Shown: positions 63,401 through 64,000 of the stretch, in pieces | Numbering within the stretch: the stretch's first letter is position 1 | How the letters are laid out: the number at the start of each line of letters is the position of its first letter | Origin: Azolla caroliniana | Taxonomy: Eukaryota > Plantae > Polypodiophyta | Direction: 5' to 3' | Length of the DNA stretch: 64,000 bases | Assembly: GCA_043228905.1 (NCBI GenBank) | Contig: JBHGNT010000018.1 | Coordinates: 16,864,001 to 16,928,000 of the forward strand | The notes under the pieces: model-generated | Database searches by the model: none | What the model was told of the DNA's origin: nothing | Seen by the model: the letters and a program-made list of their open reading frames with translations, nothing else | Position numbers and translations under genes: made by a program

Positions 63401-64000
63401 CAAAAAGGTTCTAGTAGATAGTCAAAAGCCCAATCTATCTAACCATCACCAAACCGGACCTCAGCTATCCGGTCGGATTGATTAGTCAATTCATGGTGCA
63501 TCCGACTGTGGAGCACCTTCAATGCGCACACCGAATACTCAGGTATGTTAGCGGCACTAAGGACATGGGGTTGCTGTATCGGACCGGTGTAGCTAGACAA
63601 ATTGTCGACTACACAGATGCCAATTGGGCCGGAAATCCCGGAGACTGCAGGTCTACATCCGGATATGGGTTTTCACTTGAAAGCGTTGTGGTCTCCTGGA
63701 GCAGCAAAAATCAACTGATAGTAGCATTGTCAAGCACCGACCGAGCCCGAGTATTGAGGAGCAGCTATCGCAACTTGTGAAGCCATATGGCTGAAAAGGC
63801 TACTCAAAGATCTATGTGCCGAGGTGTCCGATCTTGTTATCATCTACTATAACAAACTCAACAACATCCAGTTGGCGAAGAACCCCGTCTTTCACGCCCG
63901 ACAAAGCACATTGAGGTGCACTACCATTTTGTCCGTGAGCGCGTTCTCTTTGGTGAAGTGGAACCGTTGCATGTTCCTACGGATCGACAGATTACCGATA
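60439..64000 (+). mobile_element. Decayed Ty1/copia H: truncated LTR fused to the protease region, then INT, RT and RH; runs off the window
   Basis: TGTTGG start; LWHKQMGH..CEVCQLGKQ, HSDVWG, KARLVAKG, LYVDDL, YTDANWAG; many stops; gag and PBS missing. Confidence 0.85.
60907..61146 (+). repeat. 120-bp tandem duplication in copia H pol
   Basis: AACGTCCTRCACGTCCCGACAATCAC at 60907 and 61027. Confidence 0.9.

Overview
This is eukaryotic, TE-saturated DNA, most like a non-seed land plant (bryophyte, lycophyte or fern). No ordinary host gene is recognisable. About 1-57,500 reads as one nested stack built inside a single decayed minus-strand LINE, whose pieces lie at 54740-57510, 48857-49092, 30729-31147 and 1-73. 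The stack holds two chromovirus Ty3/gypsy elements, two non-chromovirus gypsy families and four complete, young Ty1/copia elements, two with intact ORFs. It also holds a TIR DNA transposon (31148-48852; about 6.8 kb once the nested copias are removed). That transposon has perfect 33-bp TIRs, a 4-bp CAAT TSD and a Sola-type DDD transposase with a BAH-like C-terminus. Divergently from the transposase it carries an intron-containing cargo gene encoding a ParB-like domain fused to a prokaryote-type beta-class N6-adenine/N4-cytosine DNA methyltransferase. Two tandem palindromes lie between the two genes. This transposon-borne ParB-MTase module is the most interesting system in the window; this copy carries a few disabling mutations. 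An AT-rich tract with a ~110-bp tandem repeat and a decayed copia end the window. All domain calls come from motif recognition by eye, not from database searches.
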